From assembly GCF_964355755.1 (NCBI RefSeq), contig NC_092675.1:2413812-2477811 (forward strand): a stretch of DNA of 64,000 bases, in the 5' to 3' direction. Made by a program: the position numbers and the translations under genes. A model generated the notes under the pieces. That model did no database searches and had not been told where the DNA came from. It was given only the letters and a program-made list of their open reading frames with translations. Shown here one piece after another: positions 40,373-54,111 of the stretch; the first letter of the stretch is position 1, and each line of letters starts with the position of its first letter. Source of the DNA: Antedon mediterranea (taxonomy: Eukaryota; Animalia; Echinodermata).

Positions 40373-42734
40373 AACATTACATTCTAGAAAATATGTATTC
40401 ATGAAAACTGGCAAAGTGTGATACCCTACGATATAAGACACATTGTCTGGAGTGGAATGATTTATCAGTATGTAAAATATAATGTTTATTATAATTTACT
40501 ACCTTTAATAACCTTTTTATCCTTGTAAATAAATTGCGATTGAATGCAGATATTTTTTGCAGGTCACAGAACCAGTGTACATGTCCTCCATGGTCTGCGG
40601 GGGAGGATCCAGGAAGGGTGGGGAGGGCCAGTGTGAAATTATAAACTTTCTGATGTCTATTTTTGACAAAAAATTAATGTGTATTACATATCATATGAGC
40701 TCTTCTGTCATCCAGAATCATGCCTGGATATAAACCTATGGTTTCTATTACTTTTTTGGAAGTGAACAAAAGTACTTTTGTTGGTAGCAGTTAATTTTAT
40801 CTTCATGAAACTATCTCGTGTTTGAATGTTTTTTGTATACATTTTTATTACTTAATGTATTAATTGATATTTTTCCTATGTTAATGTTTTGATGTTTTTG
40901 TGTACTTTTTATACAGTATTTATGTAAATGCAATACTTTCAGTATACCGAAATAAATAAATAAATAAACAAAGTAAACTTATTATTTTGAAATCTGTACT
41001 GACAAAGTATAACCAGATACACGCCACACCTTAAATTGCAAGCTATACCAAAGAGGGCAGTAGACATGTTGTAAGGTGTTTTATTTATATTTCCTGTAAA
41101 ATTAATTAAAAAAAAGCGGTTTTTTTTTTCAATATTTTATTTTGTCCTGTACATATACATTGACTTTACAATCAAATCATTTCTTGAATTGTTTAATTTG
41201 TTTAATTAATTAATCTGTTGTTGTTTAGAGTTGTTTTGCACACAGCTCCCTCCCTTGTAGAAAGGTAAAAGACTAAAGCAGGACATAAATAATGTTCATT
41301 GGAATATAATTATCAAATGTGTTTGTCAAAAATGACATAAATACAGTAATATCCATTGGAATATAACTATCAAATGTGTTTGTCAAATAAATACTCCATT
41401 CCCCAACCCTCCCAATTAATATTTCAATCATAACAATAAAACACATTAAATAACAATTACATGAAAAAGAAAAACAAATTAACACTCCCACCCTTCTATC
41501 TTAAACCCTTCCCCACACTCCCCATCAAATGCTCAGTATTACCATAAAGAAAATATTTCTTTTGTGAGAGATTCTTCTTCAGAGTCCCTGCATTTTCTAC
41601 ACTGTATTAAATGGCCAACCAAATGCCAAGCAAAAATGTTAGTATAATACCCATCTATGTAGATCTTTGGTGTTTATCAGATATGCTTTTTAGGTACAGT
41701 ATATAATATATATTTCAATAAAAGAATTCAAAGAGTAACTGTATAAAATAACAAATGTATTGAGAATAATTATTTACAAGAAACAAATAAACATAATCTG
41801 AGTGTTCTAACGACCTTAATTTAATTACATTTTTCAGAAACCAGACATTTTGTGTCAGTTATCGTTTCTTTTTTCTTAAATTTAAGGAAAAAAAAAAATT
41901 GTAATGACCGCACATTAATTTTGTTCACAATGTAAACATTATTATATAAGAATAAAATCAGTATTTAAAAGAATTCACTATTGTACCCTATCATACTATA
42001 GGATATATTTTACAGGTCATGTCCCTTTCAAACTGATTAAATTAAACTTTCAATTTTTATTGAAATGTATATAAAACAATATTAAAGAAAATCAAAAAAC
42101 ATTTCAAATTAAGTCTCAGTTGTATGGCAGCAACAAATTAATACAACATAAAAAAATAAAATTTCTTTTAAATGATTATCTATTCAAAATCATTATTTTG
42201 AAAAATTTACATGAATACAATTAATTTTAAATTTATAGGAGTTATAGAAATATGTCTTTATATAACTAAATGTGTACAATCAATTAATAATATAATGTAT
42301 TTTAACTTTTTTTGGGTAAAAATTATAACAAATAGTTTTCAAAATTAGTATTATATAACATATACATATTATTATACATAACTTAACTCTTCAAATGTTT
42401 ACACAGTTTCTGAAATGTGATCAAGTGATCATAGAATAACACGCTTCCTGCGATCACAGAATAACACGCTTCATGATTACATGCGGCGCCATGTTATCCC
42501 TAACTAACATTGTTAATTATAAGCAAATCTTTTAAGATAGCAGCACGGATTATTAGACCAATGTCCTTCTTTAGCCTTTAGGACTATTTAAAATAATTAT
42601 TTCTAATAATTTTAACTGTTTAATCCTGAAGTATCATTTATTTGGTTTTATGTTCATAAATACAGCTAAGCGTAACACAAACAGATTCTGATGTTAAAAT
42701 AAAATTATTGTAGTAGGACTAAAGGATATTATAA

Positions 42735-43036
42735 GGGCGTGTGGTGCAGTGTGTTGGACTACTGATTGTAAGATCATGGTTCAAATCCAACTCTCGCCGC
42801 ATTACTTGTATCCTTAGGCAAGGCATTTTACTTACATTTGCCTCTCTCCACTCAGGTGTATAAATTGGTACCTGTTAGATCAAGACACAACTTTGCGCTG
42901 ATTACTAGCTGCATTATTATGGGAGTATGTTTTCATACGTGTTTGATTCAAAATTACTGGGGTAATAAGGTGCAGCACATTAAAAGCATGCTTATATCCA
43001 CTAAGAAGCATAAGAATGAACTATTAGTATTATTGT
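42735..43036 (+). mobile_element. tRNA-derived SINE with a conserved central core
   Basis: A-box-like GTGGTGCAGTG, B-box GGTTCAAATCC, core TCCTTAGGCAAGGCA..CTCTCTCCACTCAGGTGTATAAATTGGTACC, and a (TAT)n-like tail. Confidence 0.75.
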
Positions 43037-43859
43037 GATTCTTATAAAACAGCAATAGGTCTATATTTACTATGATTCAGTCCAATTTTCAATTACAAAA
43101 CATGTGGAAAGAGAATCACAGAAACAGATCAGAATAAAAATAATTGTCAGCAAATTGAAAAGATATTAAAATCTTATACGAAACCACAAGACCTGAGAGT
43201 GTTCTGTGGATCGAAAATAAACTAATGAATTGATATAAAATTTGATCTAGCAAGAGATTAACATAGAAACCAAACAATGCAGAGTAAAATAATAAAAAAA
43301 GATAGACTGAACTCATTAAACATAATAATTGATATACTAAAATCTTATGAAAAACCAGAAGTAGTACTTCCGAAACAAAGAAAATACATTACTGTAATCA
43401 AAAGTAATAATTTATGACAATTTAATAACTGTTTTAATTATCTTTTTAAACAAAACCGGACAATTAATTGTGATTGGACAGAACTAATGAAAGTTTTAAA
43501 GGCTGGAATAAAGTACAAACAGAAGTATAAAGAAAAATCAAGTTACTACAATTATCAAATAATACTAAAATTCCCTGATAAAAAAAATATATACTGTAAT
43601 CTGATACTGACCTTCCTTAATTTGAATTAATCCCATTTGAATTAATCCAATTTATATTAATCCCATTTAAATTAATCTCAAATTAACAAATTAATCCTGT
43701 CTTCGAACCTGATGGAATCCAAACTTAATCCTATTATTAATGCCTACCATTGCAAACCTACCCCATCACAGCCTTAATGAATTAAACCAACTTCAACTAA
43801 TCAGAACATTACATAATCCTAATCTTGATCCTTCCTAATTCAAACTCTGAAACTCTATA

Positions 43860-44017
43860 AGTTTTGTTCACATGTCAAACCTCTCGTGATGGAGCCGATC
43901 CTATCGAGTGGCCTGTCATAGGTCACTCGATAGAATCGGTACTTATTAAGCAACTGTTTTCATGATGAACCACCTGATTAACGGATCGAGAGCGACTTAA
44001 GGCATGTGAACGTGTTA
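43860..44017. mobile_element. Degenerate MITE with an internal strong hairpin
   Basis: GTTCACATG..CATGTGAAC ends. Internal CCGATCCTATCGAGTGGCCT-gtcat-AGGTCACTCGATAGAATCGG. Confidence 0.55.
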
Positions 44018-44382
44018 ATAATAGAACTGCTTTCATGGACAACTAAACAAAATCACAATATTTTAATGACAAATCATAATCTAAAAATATAAGAATAAGT
44101 TCATATTTAGTGTTGAAATCAAACTGTCGTCACAACTTACTGTTTTGTTAACTAACTTATTAATTCTTAATACCAAATCAACTGGACTGGGAAAAAACAA
44201 AGCTCAATTAGCTTTTCTGAATATTAATATTTCAAATTGCATATTAAATGTTTTAGTTCATTTCAATATTAATACAAAGTTATTAATTATGCAATACCTT
44301 AATTAATTATTTAATATCTTATTCACATTTTAGAGTTGTTTTTAATCTCGTCACATTCATGTTTTTCATATGTTTTTGTACC

Positions 44383-47300
44383 TCACCATTTGATTTCTTT
44401 ATCTTTTGTGATTTCTTGTACAAAAGCCGAGAATCGTCTAAGGAATTTTGGATACTCACGCTTATAGACAGTTCTAAGGACCGAGGCAGGAACCCATCCA
44501 CCAGGATTTGCTGCAAAGATAATATTATTATTTATACATGTTTTAAACTTTTTATGAAATGTTTGTATTTGTTGCTTGTGTATTTTACCTTTTTTGGTGT
44601 CGTACTGTCTGTATTTTACCTTTTTTGGTGTCGTACTGTCTGTATTTTACCTTTTTTGGTGTCGTACTGTCTGTATTTTACCTTTTTTGGTGTCGTACTG
44701 TCTGTATTTTACCTTTTTTGGTGTCGTACTGTCTGTATTTTAACCTTGTGATGAAGCGCTGTCTGTATTTTACCCATTTTGTACAAACAAGACAATTTTC
44801 AAGCAAGAGTGTTTGACAAAATAATAACACATCTGGGTGTATCCTTGCTATCTGATTGGTTAATTTCATATGGCATGTGGTATTCAGTATGTATGTTTAA
44901 AGATACTATTGCACTAAGAATTTTGTGCCATGCAAGATTGATGACTAAACAGCATACCAAACTGTGGTGTGTGCTCTTCTTTTTATACTGCGGCTAAAAT
45001 CTGAGAACTGCCTTTTTAAATGGCCTACAGTCTATAGTAGCCTTGTCATTGATTAACAATTGAAGCAGCGTCGATTAAGTAATATAAATAATGAATGTTT
45101 CCTTGAATGAATGAAGAGTTCTTCCCATAAAATACATTATTCTTTTACACTAATTGCAAATTGATAGCGTAGGCGGACCTCCTAGATGGTGAGAAGGAAA
45201 TATAACAACAACATTTTGTAGTATCATCAATATCATAAAAAATCTAATGTCAGATTAAAACTGAAAATAATGCAACCCTGGAGTAGAAGAAGCAAATTGG
45301 GACAGAAAGTAAACAAAGCAAATTAGGATGTTTGCCGCACCATACAATGTTGTTACAAAAAGTCCCTATGTAGTTGTAGTGTACTTTAATAATATAATAG
45401 TCAACTCTCCCAATACCCACCTTTGCTGGCCAAATGTCTTTCAGAAAAGTTTGGTATTAAGAATGTTTTTTGTATGGTGAAAACGAATTTGGGACCTTTT
45501 GGACCTCGAGAAAAGTCTAGTATTGGAAGAGTCGACTGTAGTAATAACAATGTAAAACTTACAATGAGCAACATAGATGATTTTGCATTTTAACTGATCC
45601 CTGGTCACAGTTGAAAGGTCATCAGTTGGAGGGTCTACGAATGTCTGACAGAGCATACTAACGTTGATTGTAGCTCGGATACATCGACTGTGAGCCTGTC
45701 CATAAAAGAAGAATAAGACATAGTTTATTATCTATTAATGGGTCACTATTTTTTTTATTAAGATGTCAATGATTTCCAATAGCAAATTTAATCACTGTTT
45801 TAAAGCTCTATCAAAATAATCAAACTAGCCCAAATATGGTAGTGATACACCAAAATATGGTAGTGATATGACATCATCATGTCCATATATGGGCACATCA
45901 CATTTTTTTGTCACATAAAGTTTGATAGTGTAGACAGAGCTTTATAGGTGATAATGAATTCATATGACAAACATACACACAATTCATTAGGAGTTAAGAT
46001 GCTTTGCATGAGAAAAAAAACGATGACAGACTTGATTTGAACCCGGGACCAATAGCTCAATATCTTATTTAGTCCAATTGCTCATATGCTTACCTCTGGA
46101 TGATCAATGGAATAATTAACAACAATGTATGATCCCTTTTCATCCGGTGATTGGCTGGTAAGATTAACTTTACGAATATGTGAAGCAAAACAGGTATCAC
46201 GTTGCGTTGCCGGCCAAACACGCCTCATAAATTGGTGCGAAATGACCGTATCGGGTGACAAAACCTCAAGCGTTTTACTTGAATCTAAAGTTGCTAAAAA
46301 AAGAATATATAGAATTAGTAGAATATTTAAAATGATGTGCAAGTATGATGTTATACAGTCAAGTAAATTAAACTTCGGCTGGGCTTATATGATTTTATTG
46401 GTAAAAAAGAATTTTCATACAGTAAAAAGTGTTCACAGTGCAGCAAAATGGGCGTTTTTTTTTTACACGCGTCATGGTATTCATAAGGCATGACGCACAT
46501 CGGACAAATGACGCACCAAGGGTTGTATGGTGAGTCATACAAGTGCATAAGAAGATTAGCTTTAGAATACTTACTGTCCCAATCCATTCTTACTCCAACA
46601 TCCCAGAAATAAAAACAGAGTTCATAAGCTGTAATATTGCGTACAGTATGGATGGCTTTGAGAGGGTCGCATACTACACCATCTTTCTCAACTTCGCATT
46701 TGTAAATCTAAAAAATGAAATTTGTAAACTTGACAGACAATACTGTTGTATAACCGGCAAATAACGTCACCAGATTTTAATGTTAAGCAAAATAATATTA
46801 AGCACTGTATAGGTAATTAGAATTACATGAGAGCAGAAACTAAACCAAGGAAATTCAAATTAAGCCCCCTCCAGCCCCACGGCAGTTAAGTTACAGTACA
46901 GAACCTACTATGACATAGGATCCCAGATGCTATTTTTGAATAGCAAAGTCTGTTATATGCACATGTGATTTATTAACATATCTAACCAAAAGGATAAAGA
47001 CAATAACAGAGTGAGTACGTGGCCAAGCAGTTAAGAACCATAATTACATAGCCATAACATTGACAACGGTTCAAGGCTCACTCGCTCCATGATTCTGGTG
47101 GTAGAACTAGTTTTCTTGGATAAGGACTATAAACCGTAGGTCCAGCGTACATATAGCTCATGCGCACTTTAAAGAACTTAGTACATCTTTTGAGACAAGT
47201 AGAGGGTTACCCCGGTGTACTGGTACATATACACAGCCACTGTCATACACAGCCACTGATCATAACTGGGCTCATTGTGCAATTGGGACTGAACTTTTTT

Positions 47301-50300
47301 TAGAGGTGTTTACCACCTCTTGGTCCCATACTTCACTAATGTTATGTATATTTCTTTGAATTTACATCTTAGTGAGAATAAGTAAACAAGGCCACAGTTT
47401 TCAATCTTTCAATATCACTTTGTATATTCCTTCTTTATTACTAAATAACTTTGTTTTTTCCTGTTTGGAGTTTCAAACTCCTTGAGTCATAGTGATTTTT
47501 GTGGCTTTTCTTTTTCATGACCTTTGTATCTGTTTGGAATTCAGATTTAAATTTCTTGAATAGTTTGAACAATTAAAAAATGATGCAATTTCAGAGGATT
47601 AAATATCTAATCATAATAGATAAATGAAACAACATAAATAAAGCAACTGTAATCATAGAGATTTAATCACACAATCTACTTAAGGTATTAAGCCAATTAA
47701 AATGCAAGAAATAGAGTATTTATAAGAGTGCATTGGTGTTTATTGAACCATAAAGTTATGAACTAATTCCAGCTTACCTTCATCTCTGGTTCAGAATGAA
47801 ACAAATCCCAAGTACTCTCGATATTTTCAAATGCATACTTCAAATTTTCTTCAACCTTTTCATTACACTGTAAACAACAAGTTTATTTTATGTACATTTT
47901 TGTCTGTATGCACTAAAGGTCAATTTACAGACGAACGGTAACAGTAAGTGGAAAACCGCATAGCTTTTCCCACAAAGAATCTGTATCTATCCTGAGCAGA
48001 AACCACCCGTCAGCTTCGCATTTTGTGTAAATGGTTATAAGAAATAACAGATTCTTTATTTTGAATAAAGTCACCGTTCGTCTATGTAAATTGGCCTTAA
48101 GTGATTAACACCAAATACATTATTTTTATGTTAGGTCATGTAAGCGCCCTCTTAATAGAGGTTGTTGTACTGTATATTCATTTAAAACTCAACTTAAGAC
48201 ATTCTTTTTCCAACAAGCTTTTCATTAATTTAACATTTCCTGCTTTTATTTTTGTGCAGTGCATTGAGAGCTTGCTTATATGCGCTATATAAGAACAGAC
48301 TATTATTGTTACTATATATTACATAAAGCACACGTCTCACCGTATCTAGAAGTCTGTGGGGATGTGGAGGACGGTCATCATGAATTGACATTGGTGGCAG
48401 TGATTCTTTTGAAGTTACCTGAAAATAAGTTCATATTTTTTTGTTCATTTTTAAAAGTATAATTTTTTCATTATTTCAGTAATATATAATTGTCTTTGCT
48501 GTCTACACTATCAAAAAGTGTGATGTACTCAAATATGGTAGTGATATCCCCAAATATGGTAGTGATATGTCATCTTCATGTCCATATATGGGCACATCTC
48601 TTTTTTTTTTATAGTGTAGACAGACATTTAGAAGCATTATTGAGACAAAAAATTAAACAATTGATGCAAGACAAATTTGTTTTCAATCCCTGTAAAAATA
48701 TTGTTTTGAAATTGTTTATGACAAACAACAGTACTATGATAAAACAATGACAATATGTTGTTGAACACAGTAAAATACACATGTACATATTTCTACTTTT
48801 AAGTCACATATAGTATTATAGTATATAGTATTTATGTTCATTTGACAGTGTGGAAATAATTTACCTTCTGGTCCTCTAATTGGTCATTCAAATCTAACGC
48901 TGATTCGATGGCATCAAAAAATTCCTCTTCTTTCAATTTGCTGTATGGGCCTTCCTGTAAATAAAAAACAAATTGTTCAACTTAGAATAACATGTCCCCC
49001 AAAAACATGAAAAATGAAGATTAATTAAATCAGATTTTGAATATGTTATTTTGTAGTTTTAATAGTTAATCACTTCCGTAGAAAAAAAAAAAATGTTTTC
49101 ACTTATAAAATGACAAAATAAATGGTTAAATTTCACCAAAAACCATTAACTGGCAGCCAATTTGACCATTTTTGGCTTTAAATTACAGTTTTTTCAGGTA
49201 AATACACTTTTTTTCAATTTAATTTTTAAAAAGTGGATAATTATTATATAACATTAAAATGGTATATTGAACAAAAAAATTATAAAAAAAAAAATTTTTT
49301 CAGGGGGACAATACATCTTTAATGCATTTTACATAAGGCCAAGCTGATTCATTTTGGTCTTGTTTGTTTATTTTCAAGTTATGTTCTTCCCGAGAGGGGA
49401 AAAGGCCTACCGGTTTACCAGGTAAGCAAGGCATGAAATAGATTACTGGATGTCCATAGAATTTCAAATTACTTACCTCAAAATCTGGTCCCCCTTTGAT
49501 GTTCATGCCTTTCATTTTTTCAAACATTTTCTTATACTCCTCAACGGCCCGTTTTCTTCGGTCTTGTTCCTAGATATTCACAAAACAATAGTTTTAACTC
49601 GAATATAATTTAAAATTAATCCTATTAATATTCTTCTGAAAACACACAATACAGTCAACTATATCAATACCAGACCCTCTGAAAACTGCAACTTTACTTT
49701 AGATCCTAAAGGTCCCAAATTAATTGTTACCATTATAAATGCATTCCAAATACCAGACTTTCCAGAACACTAGATATATTAGGCCAGCCCAAAGGCTGTT
49801 GGTATTGGGAGAGTTGACTGTATTTCGCTATTTTCATATCATATCTTCAATTACCTTTTCTAACCGTTTCTGCCACTGTTCTTCTCGTTGACGCATCAGA
49901 TCAATACAATGAGATAACGTTGCCAAGATACCGCCAGTTGTTGCCTTAAAAGTGAACGCTTCACCTCGGAAGTCTATTCCCATTGAGCTAGGCTTCTGGA
50001 ATTTATCTGGAAGAAAAAGAGAATGTTCTATGATTTATTCAAAGAACCTTGGTCCTTGTGGAGATAAAACTATATTTGTTATATGGTTTTAAAGTTAACA
50101 TTTATAGTAAAATGGAAAACGCGTCTTAGGGATGTAATTGTGCTGGGTGGCAGTGCGCAGCGACGCACATGTTTTTCCGAAGAACATCTTATAAATATGA
50201 ATACGCATCATGAAAAAATGGACACAGGTTTTCTGCAAGCTAGTTTTTGGCTGAATGGTATAGACTTGTGGAACTGGAGCCAGCAGTTTGAAACCCATCA

Positions 50301-53185
50301 ACCCATTATCCAGCCACAAAGGAACCTCTAGATATTGATTTCCGAATGCACCCTTATATTTTCTAGCTATACATCCCTACATGACAAAACTCACCTTTTG
50401 ATGGACCATTTGTGTGTTGGTGATCATTGACTGTAGTTTTGCTAACATTTTCATTGTCAATTAATTCGTCATCTTCAAGAATATCTTCATCCACTAATTT
50501 AAAGAAAATGTCAGAACATTAAAATATTGTAAAACATCTATAATAATATACTGTATAAATAAATAATTGTGTAATATAATAATCACCTTAATTATGAAAT
50601 TAAACTCAAAATAAGTAAATTCACAGAAGGCAAAAACTAAAACGATCACTTCCTTGGCAAGCTGTTTAAACTGAGTATGAAGAGAGAAAATAGGCAGAGC
50701 TATTAATTCCAAATGAGATATCAACCAATCTATGAGGGCCAGTATTAAATATCTTTATTTTTAACTCTCAACATTCTTGTTACTGTAACTCTAGTTTAAT
50801 TTTAATATTACTTGCAAATACCAAGTTTAATAGAGTGATGAACATATCACCATTAAAAAATATAGATTAAAAAGTGCTGGTATTATGTGCAGTATCTACA
50901 AATATTAACAAGACTGCTGAAGAAATTAAATATGACACCCATCATTGCGTTTAATTTCCGTCTATGCTAACCCTCTTATTGTAAGAAAATTACATTGCAT
51001 TTTATTATTGTTATGGCAGGATACTGCAGTCAGATGCTCACATCATTATGACACTTAAATAAAGAATAAAGAGCTAGCTTGTCTTGTCAAGTTAGTGAAA
51101 CAGTGTGGTGATGTGAGACTCCATTTTTGGACTTTTTTCTCTTGTCTTGGGTCAATTTGTTTAATGGTTTAATGGTTTTAAATTTATATAGGGCAAAATA
51201 CAAATAGTCTCTATTTGTTTGGTTTATTAGGCTTTTTCCTGGTTTATTTAAAAATAACACTTTCTTTCTTTTTACGCTTGTGTTAACCAGCGGATAAAGA
51301 CTATTTGTATTTTGCGCATTACAAATTTAAAACCATTAATCAGGTCTAAATTTTGACATCATTTAAGAGACAAAATGAAAAACAACTTGAACTTACGAGG
51401 GTCCTCCAACCACTTTTTGGACAAATCCTCAGGGATGTTAGCCGTCGCTGCTTCAGCACAATTATCAAAGTAACCTTGGAGGGTATCAACCTGACGACAC
51501 AAAATATCTCGGAATGTCTCCATCTCTGCCAGTTTCTCACGCAAATTCCTGCCTTTCTAAATGAGAGAAATTATCGAAAATATTGGTTTATTATTAATGT
51601 TGTAATGTTATTGTTTTAAATTTGTTATATTAAAAGTATTGAGATACAGCAATTTTTCAGTGATTTGCCTTTGGATATCAGTATATTTATGTTATATGCA
51701 TCATAGCTACTTTGTCTACCTTAAATGAAGACGTTGAGATTAGGCTTCCAGAGTTCAATGACATCATTGAACCATGACGATTTAGTTTGTCTTCTTTGCT
51801 TGCTTGAGCCTATAAAAAAAACACACAAAAAAACAACATTAAAATATGGTAAAGTCAAGTTGTCTACACAAAATGTACCAGCAGAAGTTGTTTGCCCGCA
51901 TGAATATTATTACATACAAGACATTTAGTACAGTTGTCTTTCATAAATACCTCTTTTTTGGGACTGGGGTTCAAGGTGGGGTGAGGTGTGTTAATCAGTA
52001 TTTTTGAAGGGTACCATGCTGTTTTCTTAATTTAATTATGTGAAATTTTAATATTTAGAAAGTGGAAGACAATTTAATTTCATTCATATACATTTATTCA
52101 GTTATAATAATAACTGGGGCACTAGAATCAAAACCTTGTCTCATGAGGGCCCCTACAATACATATACCAATATCAAATACTACAGTATACCAGAGAAGAG
52201 TGAAATTATTGTTCCCTGAGTATACAGTACTACACACTTTACCCACATGAATGAAATGCCATGGTATTAGGATTAATATTTTGTCATTATTTATGTGATC
52301 AGATAATATGATAATTAAAGCTATTATAGTATTAAGCTTGTTTTACCGACCCATTACCATCAAGCAAGTATTATTACATAATTAGTATATAATTAAAATG
52401 ATTAAATATAGCAAGATGTTATCAATCTACTGTATGTACCTTGTGTGCCTCTATTGCATCTAACCATTTCTGCCGTATGTCTACTGATTTAGCCTTGATA
52501 TACCAAATATTGTCATTTATTCCTATATCGAATCTACACTCATCAAACTCATGGGGCTGAAAAAAAGAAGCAACTTTTAACCAATCGAAATACTATACAA
52601 CATATTATTTAACGAAAATGCATTAGCGCCGCCTATTTTTGTTTTAGACTGAAAACCTTTTAAAATATTGTTTTTTACTGTACTCACTGTACTACTAGTA
52701 CTAGACCTCTCTCTAGTCCTATACATAATACTACTCTATTATTATTATTACTATGCCCAGGGAGGGGTAGGCCTACCTACTCCTCCTAGCTAGGCCTAGC
52801 CTATTATTATTATTAGGCCTATTAATAATTATTACTACTTTAAATAAATTTTTTTATTTATTAATTCGTCATTTTTATACTGATTGTTTTGAATTTGGAT
52901 GATTGAATGAATACATACCTCAACATCTGCACTAGCTAAGCTAATTGATCCTCTACAACCCACATTCATGCCATTCTGTGAACGATAGTAGCTAAGCGTA
53001 CCATCTCTCAAAACTACCCACCGATCCTGCCATCCGTGCAGGTAGTTAGTCCACTTGCTTAGGGTTTCTTCGAGCTCCGGTAGGCTATCCGACTCGCTGT
53101 CGAATTCGTCGTCATCTTCGTCGCTGTTAAGACTTATTTCATCGATGACCTTATTTTCCTGTTGGTACCTTGATTTGTCATGCAT
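44383..53185 (-). CDS. CERT1: Ceramide transfer protein (PH domain, serine-repeat motif, FFAT, START domain), ~609 aa
   Basis: 14 exons: 52919-53185 ([17 protein letters not shown]), 52440-52556, 51720-51809 ([20 protein letters not shown]), 51397-51556 ([23 protein letters not shown]), 50395-50493, 49855-50006 ([17 protein letters not shown]), 49477-49569, 48865-48954 ([13 protein letters not shown]), 48341-48418, 47778-47867, 46575-46707, 46094-46293 (RVWPATQRD), 45563-45695, 44383-44510 ([26 protein letters not shown], then TGA). Confidence 0.96.
44580..44775. repeat. 31-bp minisatellite GTATTTTACCTTTTTTGGTGTCGTACTGTCT, ~5-6 copies, in the last CERT intron
   Basis: Directly visible, near-perfect units. 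Confidence 0.95.
45398..45538. mobile_element. pogo/Tc1-like MITE (CAGTCAACTCTCCCAATACC TIR)
   Basis: AGTCAACTCTCCCAATAC...GTATTGGAAGAGTCGACTG|ta. Same family as the copy at 49652. Confidence 0.65.
45804..45941. mobile_element. MITE family A copy
   Basis: taa|AGCTCT..CAAATATGGTAGTGATA x2..AAAGTTTGATAGTGTAGACAGAGCT|tta. Confidence 0.8.
47011..47290 (+). mobile_element. tRNA-derived SINE, Meta-domain-like (MetaSINE-type)
   Basis: A-box GTGGCCAAGCAGTTAAG, B-box-like GGTTCAAGGCT, then GGATAAGGACTATAAACCGTAGGTCC..GCACTTTAAAGAAC..AGTAGAGGGTTACCCCGGTG. Confidence 0.75.
47917..48097. mobile_element. MITE family C (AGG(T/C)CAATTTACA...TGTAAATTGGCCT), Harbinger-like
   Basis: TIRs extend to GACGAACGGT/ACCGTTCGTC, with TAA flanks. 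A second copy lies at 57986-58281. Confidence 0.75.
48498..48626. mobile_element. MITE family A copy
   Basis: CTGTCTACACTAT..CAAATATGGTAGTGATAT x2..ATAGTGTAGACAG. Confidence 0.75.
49652..49820. mobile_element. pogo/Tc1-like MITE with TA target duplication
   Basis: ta|CAGTCAACTATATCAATACC...GGTATTGGGAGAGTTGACTG|ta. Confidence 0.75.
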
Positions 53186-54111
53186 CTTTTGACAATTTTT
53201 CAAAATGTGTTATGTAAAGCGTTAAAGTTTTAACTCAAAATTTAAAAAACAAATTTATTAGTGGATGAACACTCCCTTCCAACACACTACAAAACACGAT
53301 TACGGTACACACACGCCACCACACGACGACGATTGGTCATGTGATGATTGCGTCATTTTTAGTTTGGATCGGCGCGCGCATATGAAAGGTACTTCCCCTT
53401 TTGCTGTGTTTACATTATAGATGTTTAACTAATCAAATTTATCTTAAAAATAATATGTTAGAATTCCAGATTTCCGTTATCAAAAATAATTTAAATGGCT
53501 AGTACATATAATACTACACTTCAAGATTCTGATTCTGAAAGTGAAGATTGGAAAAGCCCGCTGACACATTATTGCCATGCAGCAAGTTAGTAAAACATAA
53601 TTTGAATTTTTCCCGGGCCCAACCCAACCCAGGCCTAGCCTACACTGTGTTAGTATTAATATTATGGCTAGGCGTTAACAATACCTGATACATTATAAAC
53701 TACTGGACTGCTAGGCCTAGTCTTGACTGTGTAAGAAGCCAGGGTAACTTACTGATGATGTAATGGTTCAATACAAATAGGGTTTTAAAGCACTAATATC
53801 AGTGAATACTATTTATACTGTAGGCTACACTGTAGCGGCCTATCTATGATGTTGTGTTTCGACTAAAAAAACTATTATGTATTATCATGGAGTAAAACTC
53901 CATGGTATTATCAGCACAGTGAAAGTAGTTGTTTAATAAAGTTTTCTATAATAGGCATGGTTAATCGTGAGAGATAATCAATTCCACCTTACCTAAATTA
54001 TGGTGTGGCCAAGAGCAGGCAGTATGTTATGGTGCCACATACACCGTAACTTACATATACTGTACAGACCCCTTATAGGTATTTTCTTTTAAATAAAATC
54101 ACAGTGGTTCC
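53186..54111. promoter_or_regulatory. Putative bidirectional promoter of CERT1/POLK
   Basis: Lies between divergent genes. A locally CpG-rich patch carries ATTGG (53332-53336), TCATGTGA (53337-53344), TGCGTCA (53349-53355) and GGCGCGCGC (~53371-53379). Confidence 0.6.

Noticed and set aside
42735-42810. tRNA gene candidates at the A/B-box-like heads (also 47011, 59980, ~27520-27572)
   Set aside because: No complete cloverleaf. The first three continue into SINE core sequence, so they are SINE heads; the last is only a B-box-like fragment.
44359-44869. Hydrophobic ORFs ([27 protein letters not shown] repeats)
   Set aside because: Products of the 31-bp minisatellite and of the antisense strand of the last CERT exon.
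50083-50331. Overlapping 82-aa and 74-aa ORFs in a CERT intron
   Set aside because: No homology cues, and the neighbouring CERT exons join in phase without them.
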